Assembly (NCBI GenBank): GCA_951406725.2
Contig: OX597829.1
Location: 39,804,001-39,868,000, forward strand
Direction: 5' to 3'
DNA length: 64,000 nt
Origin: Octopus vulgaris
Taxonomy: Eukaryota
The notes under the pieces are model-generated. The model searched no databases and had not been told where the DNA came from. It saw only the letters and a program-made list of their open reading frames with translations. This document shows positions 1 to 12,252 of the stretch, one piece after another (the stretch's first letter is position 1; each line of letters starts with the position of its first letter). Position numbers and translations under genes: made by a program.

Positions 1-229
1 TGTGTGTGTGTGTGTGTGTCTGTGTTTATCCCCCCTAGCATTGCTTAACAACCGATGCTGGTGTGTTTACGTCCCCGTCACTTAGCGGTTCGGCAAAAGA
101 GACCGAAAGAATAAGTACTGGGTTTACAAAGAATAAAGTCCCGGGGTCGATTTGCTCGACTAAAGGCGGTGCTCCAGCATGGCTGCAGTCAAATGACTGA
201 GACACATAGTAAAAGAGTAAAGAGAGAGT
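1..229 (+). mobile_element. SINE family A (tRNA-head SINE with internal microsatellite), 3' half
   Basis: Matches the 3' half of full copies at 11841-12252 and 14648-15091 (GACAACCGATGCTGGTG...CCAGCATGGC...AGTAAAAGAG tail). Confidence 0.9.
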
Positions 230-652
230 AGGGATTAGCTACTTTAAAGGAGGCAGTAGACACCCTTGCACACAGTATACGTACACAGATCATATGTCGG
301 TACCAGCTGGAAAAGATATTTTCCTAGGGCTAAAAAGTAGTAACATCGTTCTGCGTAGGACTACCTCGTTGCGTTGGCAAATAGACTTTACTATATATAT
401 ATAATAATATTAGGGAGTAAATCCAAACTTACAGGGAAAAATTAGATTTAGGATTAAATCTAATTTTATAGTATAAATATATATATTAAATTAGAGATAA
501 AACCATTATTAGGCAAATCAAACAGTGAAAATCATAAACCAATACATACAAAAAAATTAATTAATAAAAAATATAAAATATAAAATTCAAAATTTAAATT
601 ATTTAAATTTAAATTTAAAATTTAAAAATTATTTAAATTAATAATTTATACT

Positions 653-866
<214 letters not shown>

Positions 867-2014
867 TATATTTATTTATTTATTTATTTTTTTAAATATA
901 TATAACTATCAAAAAGTATTAAAAGTTTAATATAAGATAAAGAGTAAAACCACTACGATCGTTTCATGCCCATAAACCAATTCGAATAACAAAAGCTAAG
1001 TATATATTTATATTTAAATATTTTAATATGTCTTATGGTATAATATTGTTTTTTATATAAATATTGATGGTTATGTAATGATCTAATTAGCGGGATTTTT
1101 TCTATATAATTATTAGATATTAACTTTACGTTTATTCGTAAGACTTTACTTAGCCAAAGAGATATATAGTTCTTTAACTGTTATACGAGTTTTTTAACGT
1201 TAGGTTTCATGTATATATATGTATTGATAGCATAAATTTTAGTCATAAATAACTATATTTGTTGATAGTTATTTTAAATTTCTTATAATTGTTATTATAA
1301 CTTATATATTGTTTTTTAAATCGATAGTTGGTAGTAATATTATTCCCATTGATAAATATATTTGTAGTATTTATTTGATACTATATAACTACGGATTGAT
1401 TATTTCACTAAGTATTTTATTATTCTATTTTAACTATACGATTTTTGAAAGTTATTAGTTAGCCAAAGAGATATATAATACGTTAAATTGTTATAGCGTT
1501 CGTTTAAGATTGTTTATTTGTTTTTTTTTACAATTAGCTATTTCATTTTAATCTTTTAATCTTTTAATCTTTTAATATTTTATAAGTAATAATGAATAAT
1601 TAAGTTATTAGGTCTTTATTATACGTACATATATATTTATTGATAGAGATAATTTTAGATCTTAATTCTAATATTTATATACATTTATATATTTTCATTG
1701 ATAATTTATTTATTATTGAAATATTATATAATTATTTGACTTGAAATTATATTTAATAATATGAATAGTTTTTTTTGTAAAATATGTATATAATTAGATA
1801 TTGACTATAACTGATATTAGATTATTTGTGGGTTTCTTACCTTAAAAATTAATACTTAAAAATTAATATTTAACATTATAATCGATTGCATGACACAATC
1901 ATAATCGTTAAGTTACTAGTTTGATAATAGAGTTTTTTATAAGAAAAATTATTATTTTATTTATTTCTTAAAAAATATTGTTTAAATATTTCTGATTATT
2001 TATTTAAATATTAT

Positions 2015-2118
2015 AATTAACCTGAAGATTGACTATAACCATAATTCGAATTATTAATTGAATTTAAATTATTGCTATTCGAATTGGTTTATGGGCATGA
2101 AACGATCGTAGTGGTTTT
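2015..2118 (+). ncRNA. Hammerhead-like motif with long stem II
   Basis: CTGAAGA (2022-2028), ~70 nt hairpin, GAAA, palindromic stem III ACGATCGT, GUA triplet. Stem I is weak. Confidence 0.55.
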
Positions 2119-2187
2119 ACTCTTTATCTTATATTAAACTTTTAATACTTTTTGATAGTTATATATATTTAAAAAAAATAAATATAA

Positions 2188-2236
<49 letters not shown>

Positions 2237-2237
2237 T

Positions 2238-2268
<31 letters not shown>

Positions 2269-2649
2269 CATACACACACATATATATACATGTATGTAAT
2301 GTATATATATATAATATATGCATGTAATGTATGTATGTATATACATACATTACATGCATATATTATATATATATATGTATATATTTGGTTCTGGTGTTCG
2401 CTGAATTCTTCCTCTAGAGAATTTCCCTTGTAGTTTGATCGTTTATGATCTATTTCTAGCATTCTGGCCGGCTACCTAGCAGGCCAGCCCTGCCAATATA
2501 CACATATATTTGAATTTTCTCTGACTCCTCAGATTTTTTGAATGCTGGACTACTGGTTTTAAATTGATATTAAAATTAATATTAATTTATCTCCCTCAAT
2601 TTATATATATATATATATATATATATGTACGCGAGCGCGTGTGTGTGCG

Positions 2650-2860
2650 GGCGATCTTGCGTGTTTGTCCGCCACCACCGCTTGATAAAACGTGTTGATT
2701 TGTTTATGTTCCAGTAACTTAGCGGTTCGGCCAAAAAAACCCGATAAAGTAATTACCATGCTATAACGCATATATGTACGAGGGTCGAATTGTTCGACTA
2801 AACCCTTCAAAGCGGTGTTCCAGCATGACCGCAGTTCAATGACTGAAAGTAGTAAAAAGG
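2650..2860 (+). mobile_element. SINE family A, diverged 3' half
   Basis: AACTTAGCGGTTCGGC and CAGCATGACCGCAG...GACTGAAA motifs. Confidence 0.8.
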
Positions 2861-3408
2861 CTAAACAAAGGATACACCAATTTCTAAAATCTCATTAAAA
2901 TAACAATAAAAATTTTTTACTCGTTTAATTAACTTTATTTTCTACCAAACATTTTAAATTCAAATTAATCGTATAATTGTAGATACTGACATGGATTTAC
3001 TTGTTCCAGAGACGTTGTAGTGCGGCCATGCTGGGGCACCGCTTTGAAGTGTTTGGTCGATTTGTTCGCTTGTCTATATAAATGTGGATATGCTAGTGGA
3101 CTTTTGTATCTTTCGATGTCGCTTGGTCGAATATATAAAAGGTAAGTTTTTCCTAGCATTTCTAGATTTTTGAGAAATATTATGTTGATAAGGAAATGAA
3201 CTTTACGATTCTAATCTAGAAGCGTGCGTCCATAATTAATCCAGTAGACTGTGTGGTTTCGTTGTTTTTCTTCTTCTTTTACCATATGTGTGTTACAAAT
3301 ACTGTTGTTTGTGGAGACTTATTTTTGTAGTAAAAGAAATAGTAGCCCTTTGACTGCTATTTCTAATATTTTCGGTATGTGGTTTAAGCAACTTGTTGCA
3401 AAAAACCC

Positions 3409-3522
<114 letters not shown>

Positions 3523-3719
3523 TTATATATATATATGTTTATATGTATATGTTTATATAGATGTAGGCTTTTGATCGGTCCGCGTCTATAGTCGAAGACA
3601 CTTGCCCAAGGTGCTATGCAGTGGGACTGGACCAGAAAGCACGAGGTTGCAAAGCGTGATTCTTAACTCCACAGGCTTACCAGTGCCTATTAAATTGAAT
3701 TTCATTAAATTCCTTACTT

Positions 3720-4400
3720 ATAATTTCTTTGATTTATTATCAAAGAATATTGACATTTCAACAGAAATACATCGCAATCTTTGAAAATGGACGTATACTT
3801 CTTATGGACAATACTCACCACCTAACTTGGATGACCTGACGCATAACGTTCAATTAGTTTTCCTACCTGCAATCAACCAAGATGATTTAACCTAACGACC
3901 AAGGGGTTAATGCCACAATCAAAGCCTACTTTTTACGGCGTATCTTTACGCAATTGATTTAATTCTTAGATGGCGAAACTAAACTTAATGTGATGGAATT
4001 TTAGCTTGGCTACCGCATCATGATTGCTATTGAAAATTTTGACAGGCATGGAGGGAAGTGAAATTAATCACAATGAGTTTTATGTGCAGTAAAATCTATC
4101 TAATCAGCGTTGTAGATTTACTGGGTTTTAAGGAGCTAAGCTAATATAAAATGTTTATAAAGAGATTGTTGGACTGACGCACTAGGCTGGAATTAATGAA
4201 ATATATCAAGATATGATGGAAAAATTTGAATCTCATAGTGAGAGCGAGCATCCGAAACCACCACCAATTTTAACGACTAAATATTTATCTAAGGATTTCC
4301 AGTTTTAGATAAAGATAGCAACCACCGCCTTCATCGGAAACGATTCTTCAACAGTTAATTTAGAAGTGAGCAGATCAATTATGGTTTCTAATTTAAGAAG
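3720..4400 (+). pseudogene. Decayed pogo/Tigger-type DDE transposase
   Basis: Manual translation across frameshifts gives RILLMDNTH, NVQLVFLP, I*PNDQGVNATIKAYFLRRIF and AWREVK, matching pogo motifs LLxDNAxxH / FLPPNTT / QPxDQGVI..FKAYY. Confidence 0.7.
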
Positions 4401-4657
4401 AAAGCCAATATTTTTTTGAAAAAAAAAAAAAGCGTAAAAAAATAATCAGTACTGCCAGTTCCAGTACTTTGGCTGGCATTTTAGCTTTATCGACTCGGAA
4501 ACGAGTAAAGGCAAAGTCGACCTCTGCAGGATTCGAACCCAGGAAGTAAAGAGTTGGGACAACTGCCGCAAAGCTTTCTTTTTCTTTTCTTGACGCTTTA
4601 ACAATTCTGCTAGTTCACCGCCTTTGTGGTGAGTTTGTATAATTTTTATTTATTTTT

Positions 4658-4967
4658 ATGCGCCCTTTTCAAACCTAGCCAGACTCATGGCCCGGTTTCC
4701 CAGTTTCTATGGCGTATGTGTTCCCCCCCCCCCCCCAGCTGGACGGGACACCAGTCCATCGCAGCGTTACCCAAAAAACAGGAAGAAAGAGTGAGAGAAA
4801 TTTGGGGCGAAAGAGTACAACAAGGGTCTCCACCCCAACCCTTGCCCGGGCCTCGTGGAGCTTTAGGTGTTTTCGCTCAATAAACACACAACGCCAGGCC
4901 TGGGAATCGAAACCGCAATCCTCCGACCGCGAGTCTGCTGCCCTAACCACTGGGCCATTGTGCCTCT
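4658..4967 (-). mobile_element. SINE family D (tRNA-derived head)
   Basis: rc head GAGGCACAATGGCCCAGTGGTTAG (A box)...GGTTTCGATTCCC (B box). Related copy at 56670-56974. Confidence 0.85.
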
Positions 4968-5273
4968 TGTATAATTTTAGTGGGTATTAATTATGGAACG
5001 TATGAAGGTGGGAAGAAGGTAGAATCGTTACCACGTCGGACAAAAAGCTACCTCGCATTTCTCTCGAACTAGCTGGCCTTCTGCCAGCTAGTTCGGGAGA
5101 GGATATAAATCGATTGCTCTCAGCCCCAGTACTCAACTGGTACTTATTTTATTGACCTCGAAAGGATGACACGCAAAGTCAACCTCGGTGGCATTTAAAT
5201 TCAGATAGTGAAGACGGATGAAATGATGTTGCACATTTTGACCGGTGTGCTAGCGATTCTCCTTACTCTTTAC

Positions 5274-5480
5274 TCTCTTTTACTTGTTTCAGCCATTTGA
5301 CTGCGGCCATGCTGGAGCACCGCCTTTTGTCGAGCAAATCGACCCGAGAATTTATTCCTTATAAGCCTAGTGCTTATTCTATCGGTCTCTTTTGCCGAAC
5401 CGCTAAGTAACGGGGGCGTAAACACACCAGCATTGGTTGTAAAGCGATGTTGGAGGGACAAACACAGACACACAAACATA
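5274..5480 (-). mobile_element. SINE family A, 3' half
   Basis: Reverse complement of the family A tail. Confidence 0.9.
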
Positions 5481-5772
5481 TGTGTTGTAATCAACTACGC
5501 CCCTCTCCCAATATTCCAACCCTTGTGCCCAGGCACAGTCCCAGGAACTTTTTGAAGGGAGTGCACGAAGTCAGAAAGGAATACAATTCCAGGAGAAAAG
5601 GTCGTCATAACATTATTTAGAAGGGAGCACTTTTTTCTGAGGGGGTGGGGCAAGTGCCCCTCAGCCCTTCTTTCCTTGAGACTGCCCCGGTGCCTACAAT
5701 AAAAAGGATTATTGTAAGTGCTTCGAGATTTTTTTTAGACGCTTAGTAATGTTTTGTGTCTTTCTTATATCA

Positions 5773-5833
5773 ATGGTTTCACGTTATGTAACTATGGTTT
5801 CACGTTATGTAGCTATGGTTTCACGTTACGTCG
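5773..5833. repeat. ~21 bp tandem repeat x3 (ATGGTTTCACGTTATGTARCT)
   Basis: Direct reading. Confidence 0.9.
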
Positions 5834-6029
5834 CTACTTTTAAATCCACACTTCCGAGAAATCTATCAATACCGTTAAGTCAGGACTAACGATCTATATG
5901 TGTGTATGTGTATGCGTATGCATGCATGTATTTACGTGTGTATGCATGTGTTTGTGTATGTATGCGTATATGTACGTGTGTGTCTATGTCTCTATATGTA
6001 TATGTATGTATATAGCATGTCCGTATTGT

Positions 6030-6202
6030 TACTACACACATTTTTTTCTCTCCTTATTTTTTTCTGTGTCCCTTTCTGTAGAAGAGTGTAGGCTCGAAAC
6101 GTAAAAGACTTTTTCTCTTCCTGAGCGTTATACTAATACATCTGTTTGTTTTGTACACCACTTGTCTTCGTCTTTTGTTTTTTTTCGTAAACTCTCCCTA
6201 TA
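6030..6202 (+). mobile_element. Short HHR-bearing pLTR-like element, subfamily 1
   Basis: CTTT-CTGTAGA-A-GAGT/GTAG/GCTC-GAAA-CG-TA-AAAG at 6072-6107. Homologs at 8998-9200 (rc), 41300-41445 and 63040-63200. Confidence 0.7.
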
Positions 6203-6218
6203 CATGTATATATGTGTA

Positions 6219-6604
6219 CTAGCAGTATCGCCCGGCGTTGCTCAGGTTTGTAAAGGAAATAACTATAAAGCATTTTTAGAGAGTTATAGCCAAAAAATAG
6301 CAAAAAAATGGAAAAAAAATGGTGGTAAATTTTTTTTGAAAGTTAAAAAAGGTCGAGTTGCGTCCCCTAGACAGTCTGTGGTTTGTGTTTCTGATTCTCG
6401 ACCCCATATCGAATTTATCGATTTTTTTTCAGAACTGGGGGAACTTTTCAAAATTTTCGCTGCGTTAGTTTTGAATTATGACATTGGGCTATGTGTGTGT
6501 CAAGTTTCATCAGAATCGGTTGAAAGCCGTGGTCAGGGTGAGGGTACAACCTAACAGACACACAGAAACACAGACAGACAAACTGCCGTTTATATAGAGA
6601 GAGA
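6219..6604 (-). mobile_element. Non-autonomous Helitron
   Basis: The minus strand starts TC, ends with a CCTGAGCAACGCCGGG hairpin and CTAG, and sits between A and T. The 3' end is shared with 15631-16123 and 21767-22162. Confidence 0.8.
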
Positions 6605-7119
6605 TATGCACGTATGCATGTAAGTATATATGTCCGTATGCATATATGTGTGTGCGTGTTTTGTGTACGAGCGAGTGTATCTTCGATATCTATTCTGGTT
6701 TTAACAGAAAATTCGTAAGAGACAGTGTCTTAGGACGAGTAATGCAGTAACTGGGAAATCGACATTGTACATACAGTGAGTATGCTATAGGCATGCATAC
6801 ATACATACATACATACATACATACATACATACATACATACATACACATACGTAAATACATACACACACATTTACGTATGCACATACACACACATAGACAT
6901 ACATGTATACGTACGTACATACATTCATACAGACATACGTACGGACGCATGAACATACATACATGCATGCATAAATTAATAAATAACAAACATACATACA
7001 TAAATATGCACGCACATATATGCATACATGAATAAATACATACATATACACAGACACGCACACGTACACGCACGCACACACACACACACATACACACACA
7101 CACACGAGGACTACGAATA

Positions 7120-7352
7120 AAAGGCGGCGAGCTGGCAGAAACGTTAACACGCCGGGCGAAATGCTTAGCGGTATTTCGTCTACCGCTACGTTCTGAGTTC
7201 AAATTCCGCCGAGGTCGACTTTGCCTTTCATCCTTTCGGGGTCGATAAATTAAGTACCAGTTACGCACTGGGAACGATATTATCGACTTAATACCTTTGT
7301 CTGTTCTTGTTTGTCCCCTCTATGTTTAGCCCCTTGTGGGTAATAAAGAAAT
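7120..7352 (+). mobile_element. SINE family B
   Basis: GGCGGCGAGCTGGCAGAA head, GAGTTCAAATTCC B box, central GTCGACTTTGCCTTTCATCCTTTCGGGGTCGATAAATTAAGTACCAG, tail AAAGAAATA. About 20 copies in the window. Confidence 0.92.
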
Positions 7353-8940
7353 ATAAAATGCAATGTTGATGATAGTATCCGAACCTTCTACCTCTCGGTT
7401 AATTTTTTTGTCGTTGTATCCACACGTTTCAATCTGCTTCCACTATGAAAAAAAAAAAAAGACTTCATTTCTCTCTTTTTTCTTTCTTCTTTCTTTTTTC
7501 TTTCGAGAAATCAGTAACTCAGAAACGAAGGTGTTGTTTTGAGACAGTCACCAAATTCACGTGTTGTTAATTCAGGTGGAATCTAAAACGTCTCAATGCG
7601 TTTAGTTAAAATTATTTGAAAAATGGCTTCTCCTGTTACTATCTGGGCGACTGTCTGTCTTGTGTTTAGCTGTCAATCTGTTCATCTGTCTGCTGTCGTT
7701 CAGCCTCTGGCCAAAATAAACTTGATATAACATTTAATTCAATAACACTATACACATTGTCTACCTTCTGCAAAATAATATAAATATGCTTTTACTTGTT
7801 TCAGTCATTTGACTAAGGCAATGCTGGAGCACCGCCTTGAACGGTTTTAGTCGAACAAAGGCTTTGGTCGAACAAGGTTTTATACTAGATTATTTAAGGA
7901 GTGAAGATGGCTCAATTGAAAGATCCTGTCCGAAGGCCGTGATTGGTCAGTTTACACACTGGCGCAAAATAAGTAGAGAGACAGACCGCGCTAGAAGCTA
8001 ACCAATCATATCAGTGGACACAACAGGGTTAGCTAGTATTTTCACTATTCATCGTCTTTCGGTTTTAGACCTTCTAAGGTCTAGTCGGAGACTACAGAGC
8101 TACTCAGCCATATTCCAGTTCAAACGACAGACGACAGCCAAGCCAACCATACTATGAAGGCGCTATTGTATACCAGCGACAGACAGAACGTCATCACCAA
8201 CGTCATCTCCATCTCCGTCGATTTCAACTTGTACACAACAACACAAATACACAGATTCAACTCACGCTGTTTGTGTGAAACTTTCAATACGGAAAAATAG
8301 TTGCAGTATATATATGAAAGAACATCTATATCAAGAGAAATCTGCACAACAAGTGATTCAACTAATCTTTGCTCCGAGACTCAAATCTTGTTATAGAACT
8401 TATTGTCGTGTACCACATGAACTGGTAACTAACTCTATAATAACTCATTATGCTGAGACTTCTCTTATGCTCTGTATTTCTGTTGTATTCGCATGCACTT
8501 TTATCTGTACCTTCTGTCGCACACACGAACACACAGACACAAATACTATACGCATGCATTCATACCACAACACTACGCTAGTAATCACAACTCACTTTGT
8601 ACACTGTGAATAAAGTCTATCTTCTCTCTCAAACAGTGAGGATATCAATATTGCTACAGGAGACAAACAGAAAGTCCGTAATTCTTCATCAGTTATCGAC
8701 CAATGGTACTCTCCAGTTTCGCACCTTTAACGATTAAACTGAATGCATATCAACTGGTGGTGCCCGCAAAAAAAGGCTTTCTTGCGAAGAATTAGGGACA
8801 AGAGCAAACAAGCTGAAACAAAACAAGCAAACCGACACAGAGTGTGATTTAGGACTGTTCACGAGGACAAACAGTCGAATAAAATACGGCCTTGGGTTCA
8901 AGAAGACAAGAATAGTGGGTAACGCTTAGAACGATGTATG

Positions 8941-8997
<57 letters not shown>

Positions 8998-8999
<2 letters not shown>

Positions 9000-9200
9000 C
9001 GGGAAGCTTTATGAAAATAAACAAAAGACGAAGGCAGGTGGAATACAAACAAACAATTGTATTAGTATGGCGCTCAGGAATATAAATAAAACAAGTCTTT
9101 TACGTTTCGAGCCTACGCTCTTCAACAAAAAGATACACACAAAAGAAACACAGAAAGAAACAAGGAGAGAAAAAAAATGCGTGCAGAGGCTAGCGAATCA
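8998..9200 (-). mobile_element. HHR-bearing pLTR-like element, subfamily 1, between (TA)n tracts
   Basis: rc 9096-9133 reads TCTTT-TTGTTGA-A-GAGC/GTAG/GCTC-GAAA-CG-TA-AAAGA. Confidence 0.7.
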
Positions 9201-9219
9201 ACATGGCGATATATATATA

Positions 9220-9280
<61 letters not shown>

Positions 9281-9377
9281 CAGAAACAAGGAAAATGCCA
9301 CTTGTATTTGAACACTATACAAATATTCTTTAAAAAAAACATTTCTTTTAATTTTTCTAAATTTAATTCTTTAATTG

Positions 9378-9419
9378 TTACAGTTGAAAAAGTCTTAATG
9401 ACTGAAACCGGTACTGAAA
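9378..9419 (+). ncRNA. Minimal type-I hammerhead, U3-A8 core variant
   Basis: CAG-TTGAAAA-AGTC/TTAAT/GACT-GAAA-CCGG-TA-CTG. Stem III is the palindrome ACCGGT, with a GUA site. Confidence 0.6.
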
Positions 9420-9489
9420 TGTTTTTTATAAAATTATTTTAGCATTTTCTATCTTGACTTTTTTCCATATGTATATATAGACTACCTGC

Positions 9490-9662
9490 AATTTTTTTCC
9501 TCTGTCCTCCCGTCTCGGGATCTTTCTTTCTCCTATGTTTCCGACGAAGAGCTCCGCTCGAAACGTCATACCCTCCTTCTTCCATTTTCCTGAGCGCCTA
9601 ATAATAATAATACTGTAATTGTTCCACGTGTTGTTGTTTTTTCTGTTTTCCCGTTTGGATTA

Positions 9663-9667
<5 letters not shown>
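9490..9667 (+). mobile_element. HHR-bearing pLTR-like element, subfamily 2
   Basis: GTTT-CCGACGA-A-GAGC/TCC/GCTC-GAAA-CG-TC at 9537-9567, ending in (TA)n. Homolog at 52830-53017. Confidence 0.7.
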
Positions 9668-9716
<49 letters not shown>

Positions 9717-9761
9717 TACACACACATACACATACACGCGCGCGCACGCACACACACACAC

Positions 9762-9971
9762 TAGGTGGGGTGAAAAGTTGTTGGCTTTGGGTGAAAGAAA
9801 ATACCTGAGTATCAGTTAATTATGATTTTATTCAACATATTTCCCTCTCAGATTCACACACTTATTGCAGCGGTCCTTCAGTTTTATCTGACTGGGAAGG
9901 CTGGGGGCCATCAACCAGGACTTTCGCGATACCCTTAAAGCCACGAACTTTTCAGCAACCCACCTCACGTA
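9762..9971. mobile_element. mariner-derived MITE
   Basis: Imperfect TIRs GGGTGAAAAGTTGTTGGCTTT / AAAGCCACGAACTTTTCAGCAACCC with TA flanks. Confidence 0.6.
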
Positions 9972-10679
9972 CACGAGACTCACCAGCCCAACAAAGAAAC
10001 ACAGTTCTGTTACAACATATACTCATCAATCTTACAATAAGAACACGCAACACAACAAATCGCACGCTGTTGTACAAAACACACGATCACCATTTCAACA
10101 AAGTAACACAACCCCCCATATTGAACACACTCTGTATATAACCAGTTGAAGAAATGTTAGAATAACTCTAGCAAAGAAACAAAAACATAGAAAACAAAAC
10201 AAAACGTAGACACTCTATGTTTCCACACTCCCAAAAGGCAGTGATGTACAACACTTCAACATATACTGAGCCGCAGCTGGTGGTGCAGTTGAAACTCACA
10301 CGAAACTTTTGAAAATTTGATAAAAATAATGACGATGGAGGTGGTGGTGGTGGTGGTGGTGGTGGTGGTGGTGGTGGTGGTGATGTTGCTGGTGTTATTG
10401 TTGGTATTGTTGGTAGAGGTGTTGATAGTGATGGTAGCAGTGGTGATGGTGGTGGTGATGGTGGTAATAATGGCCGTGGTCGTTGTAACGCAGATGATGG
10501 CGATTGTGATGTATTTGCCTCGCGCTAATTGATGTCTATCAGAAAAAAAGGCTTTAAAAATTCAGGCGTTTCTAACTTTAAGAAAAAAAACTTCTTCGAC
10601 ATCACCACCACCACCATCACCGCCATGATGAAAAGTTCATGATCATCGTCGTCTGTCTGTCTGTCTGTCTGATGTCTGT

Positions 10680-10682
10680 CTG

Positions 10683-10761
<79 letters not shown>

Positions 10762-10889
10762 GTCTGTCTGTCTGTCTATCTATGTATCTATCTATTTATC
10801 TATACATACATACATATATACATACATACATACATGTATATATACATACATACATACATACATACGTACTTACATACATACATACGTAC

Positions 10890-10936
<47 letters not shown>

Positions 10937-11009
10937 CATACATACATACGTATTATATACATACATACATACATACATACATACATACATACATACATAC
11001 ATACATACA

Positions 11010-11042
<33 letters not shown>

Positions 11043-11045
11043 GTA
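10680..11045. repeat. (TCTA)n/(TACA)n compound microsatellite
   Basis: Direct reading. Representative of many such tracts (e.g. 16380-17175, 39985-40250, 43920-44340, 49345-49727). Confidence 0.98.
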
Positions 11046-11531
11046 TAGTTCAAATTTGCAGAAAACAGAAGACGAAAACAGATGAAGGAACAACAACCAG
11101 GTGTATTAGTTTAATGCGCGAGAAGAAAAGACAGAAAGGATTGAGAGGGTGGAGGAGGGGAATGGAGAGAGAACGGAAAATACGGAGACAGACAAAGACG
11201 TGCAGGGATCAACAGTTAAATTTCTGAATTCAGCAACAAAATATCTATAAAAAAATATCTAAATTGAGTAAAATCTGATACTTAAGGGACCTGATTATGG
11301 TCTGTAGTAACAAAAAGCAGTCAATATAAAATTTAGAAGTTTCGTAACATTTATTTGCCTTAAGTCTTATAGACCAGTGCTACTCAAAGTGGTGGTCCGC
11401 GGACTGGTGCCGGTCTGCGAGCCATCAGCTGCCGGTACGAGGAGAGATTCTAGAAAAGAAAGAAACATTATAAAATGCTTAGGTAATATTGTATTATTTA
11501 TTTGCAAAATAAATATAAGATGAAATTTTTT

Positions 11532-11760
11532 TTTTCTTTACTACCCACAAGGGGCTAAACAAAGAGGGGGCAAACAAGGGCAGACAAAGGGATTAAGTCG
11601 ATTATATCGACCCCAATGCGTAACTGGTACTTAATTTATCGACTCCGAAATGATGAAAGGCAAAGTCGACCTCGGCGGAATTTGAACTCGGAACGTAACG
11701 GCAGACGAAATACAGCTACGCATTTCACCCGGCGTGCTAACGTTTATGCCAGCTCGCCTT
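11532..11760 (-). mobile_element. SINE family B (nested in MITE)
   Basis: Reverse complement of the family B consensus. Confidence 0.92.
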
Positions 11761-11840
11761 CTTATAAGATAAAAAAATATTGTTAACTTTTATTACATTC
11801 ATTATATATATTGTTTCCGACATAAATTAATATTACTAAC

Positions 11841-12252
11841 AGGTGCAGGAGTGGCTGTGTGGTAAGTAGCTTGCTTACTAACCACATGGTTCCGGGTTCA
11901 GTCCCACTACGTGGCACCTTGGGCAAGTGTCTTCTATTATAGCCTCGGGCCGACCAAAGCCTTGTGAGTGGATTTGGTAGACGGAAACTGAAAATAGCCC
12001 GTCGTATATATGTATATATATATATGTATGTGTATGTGTGTGTGTTTGTGTGTCTGTGTTTGTCACCCTAGCATTGCTTGACAACCGATGCTGGTGTGTT
12101 TACGTCCCCGTAGTAACTTAGCGGTTCGGCAAAAGAGACCGATAGAATAAGTACTGGGCTTACAAAGAATAAGTCCCGGGATCGAGTTGCTCGATTAAAA
12201 GGCGGTGCTCTAGCATGGCCGCAGTCAAATGACTGAAACAAGTAAAAGAGTA
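11841..12252 (+). mobile_element. SINE family A, full length
   Basis: Head with A box TGGCTGTGTGG and B box GGTTCAGTCCC, CORE-like CACCTTGGGCAAGTGTCTT, internal (TA)/(TG) tract, AGTAAAAG tail. Confidence 0.92.

Noticed and set aside
12215-12250. SINE A tail AGTC-AAAT-GACT-GAAAC-AA-GTA resembles the 3' half of a hammerhead
   Set aside because: No CUGANGA-like core or stem I upstream; more simply a LINE-type 3' stem-loop.
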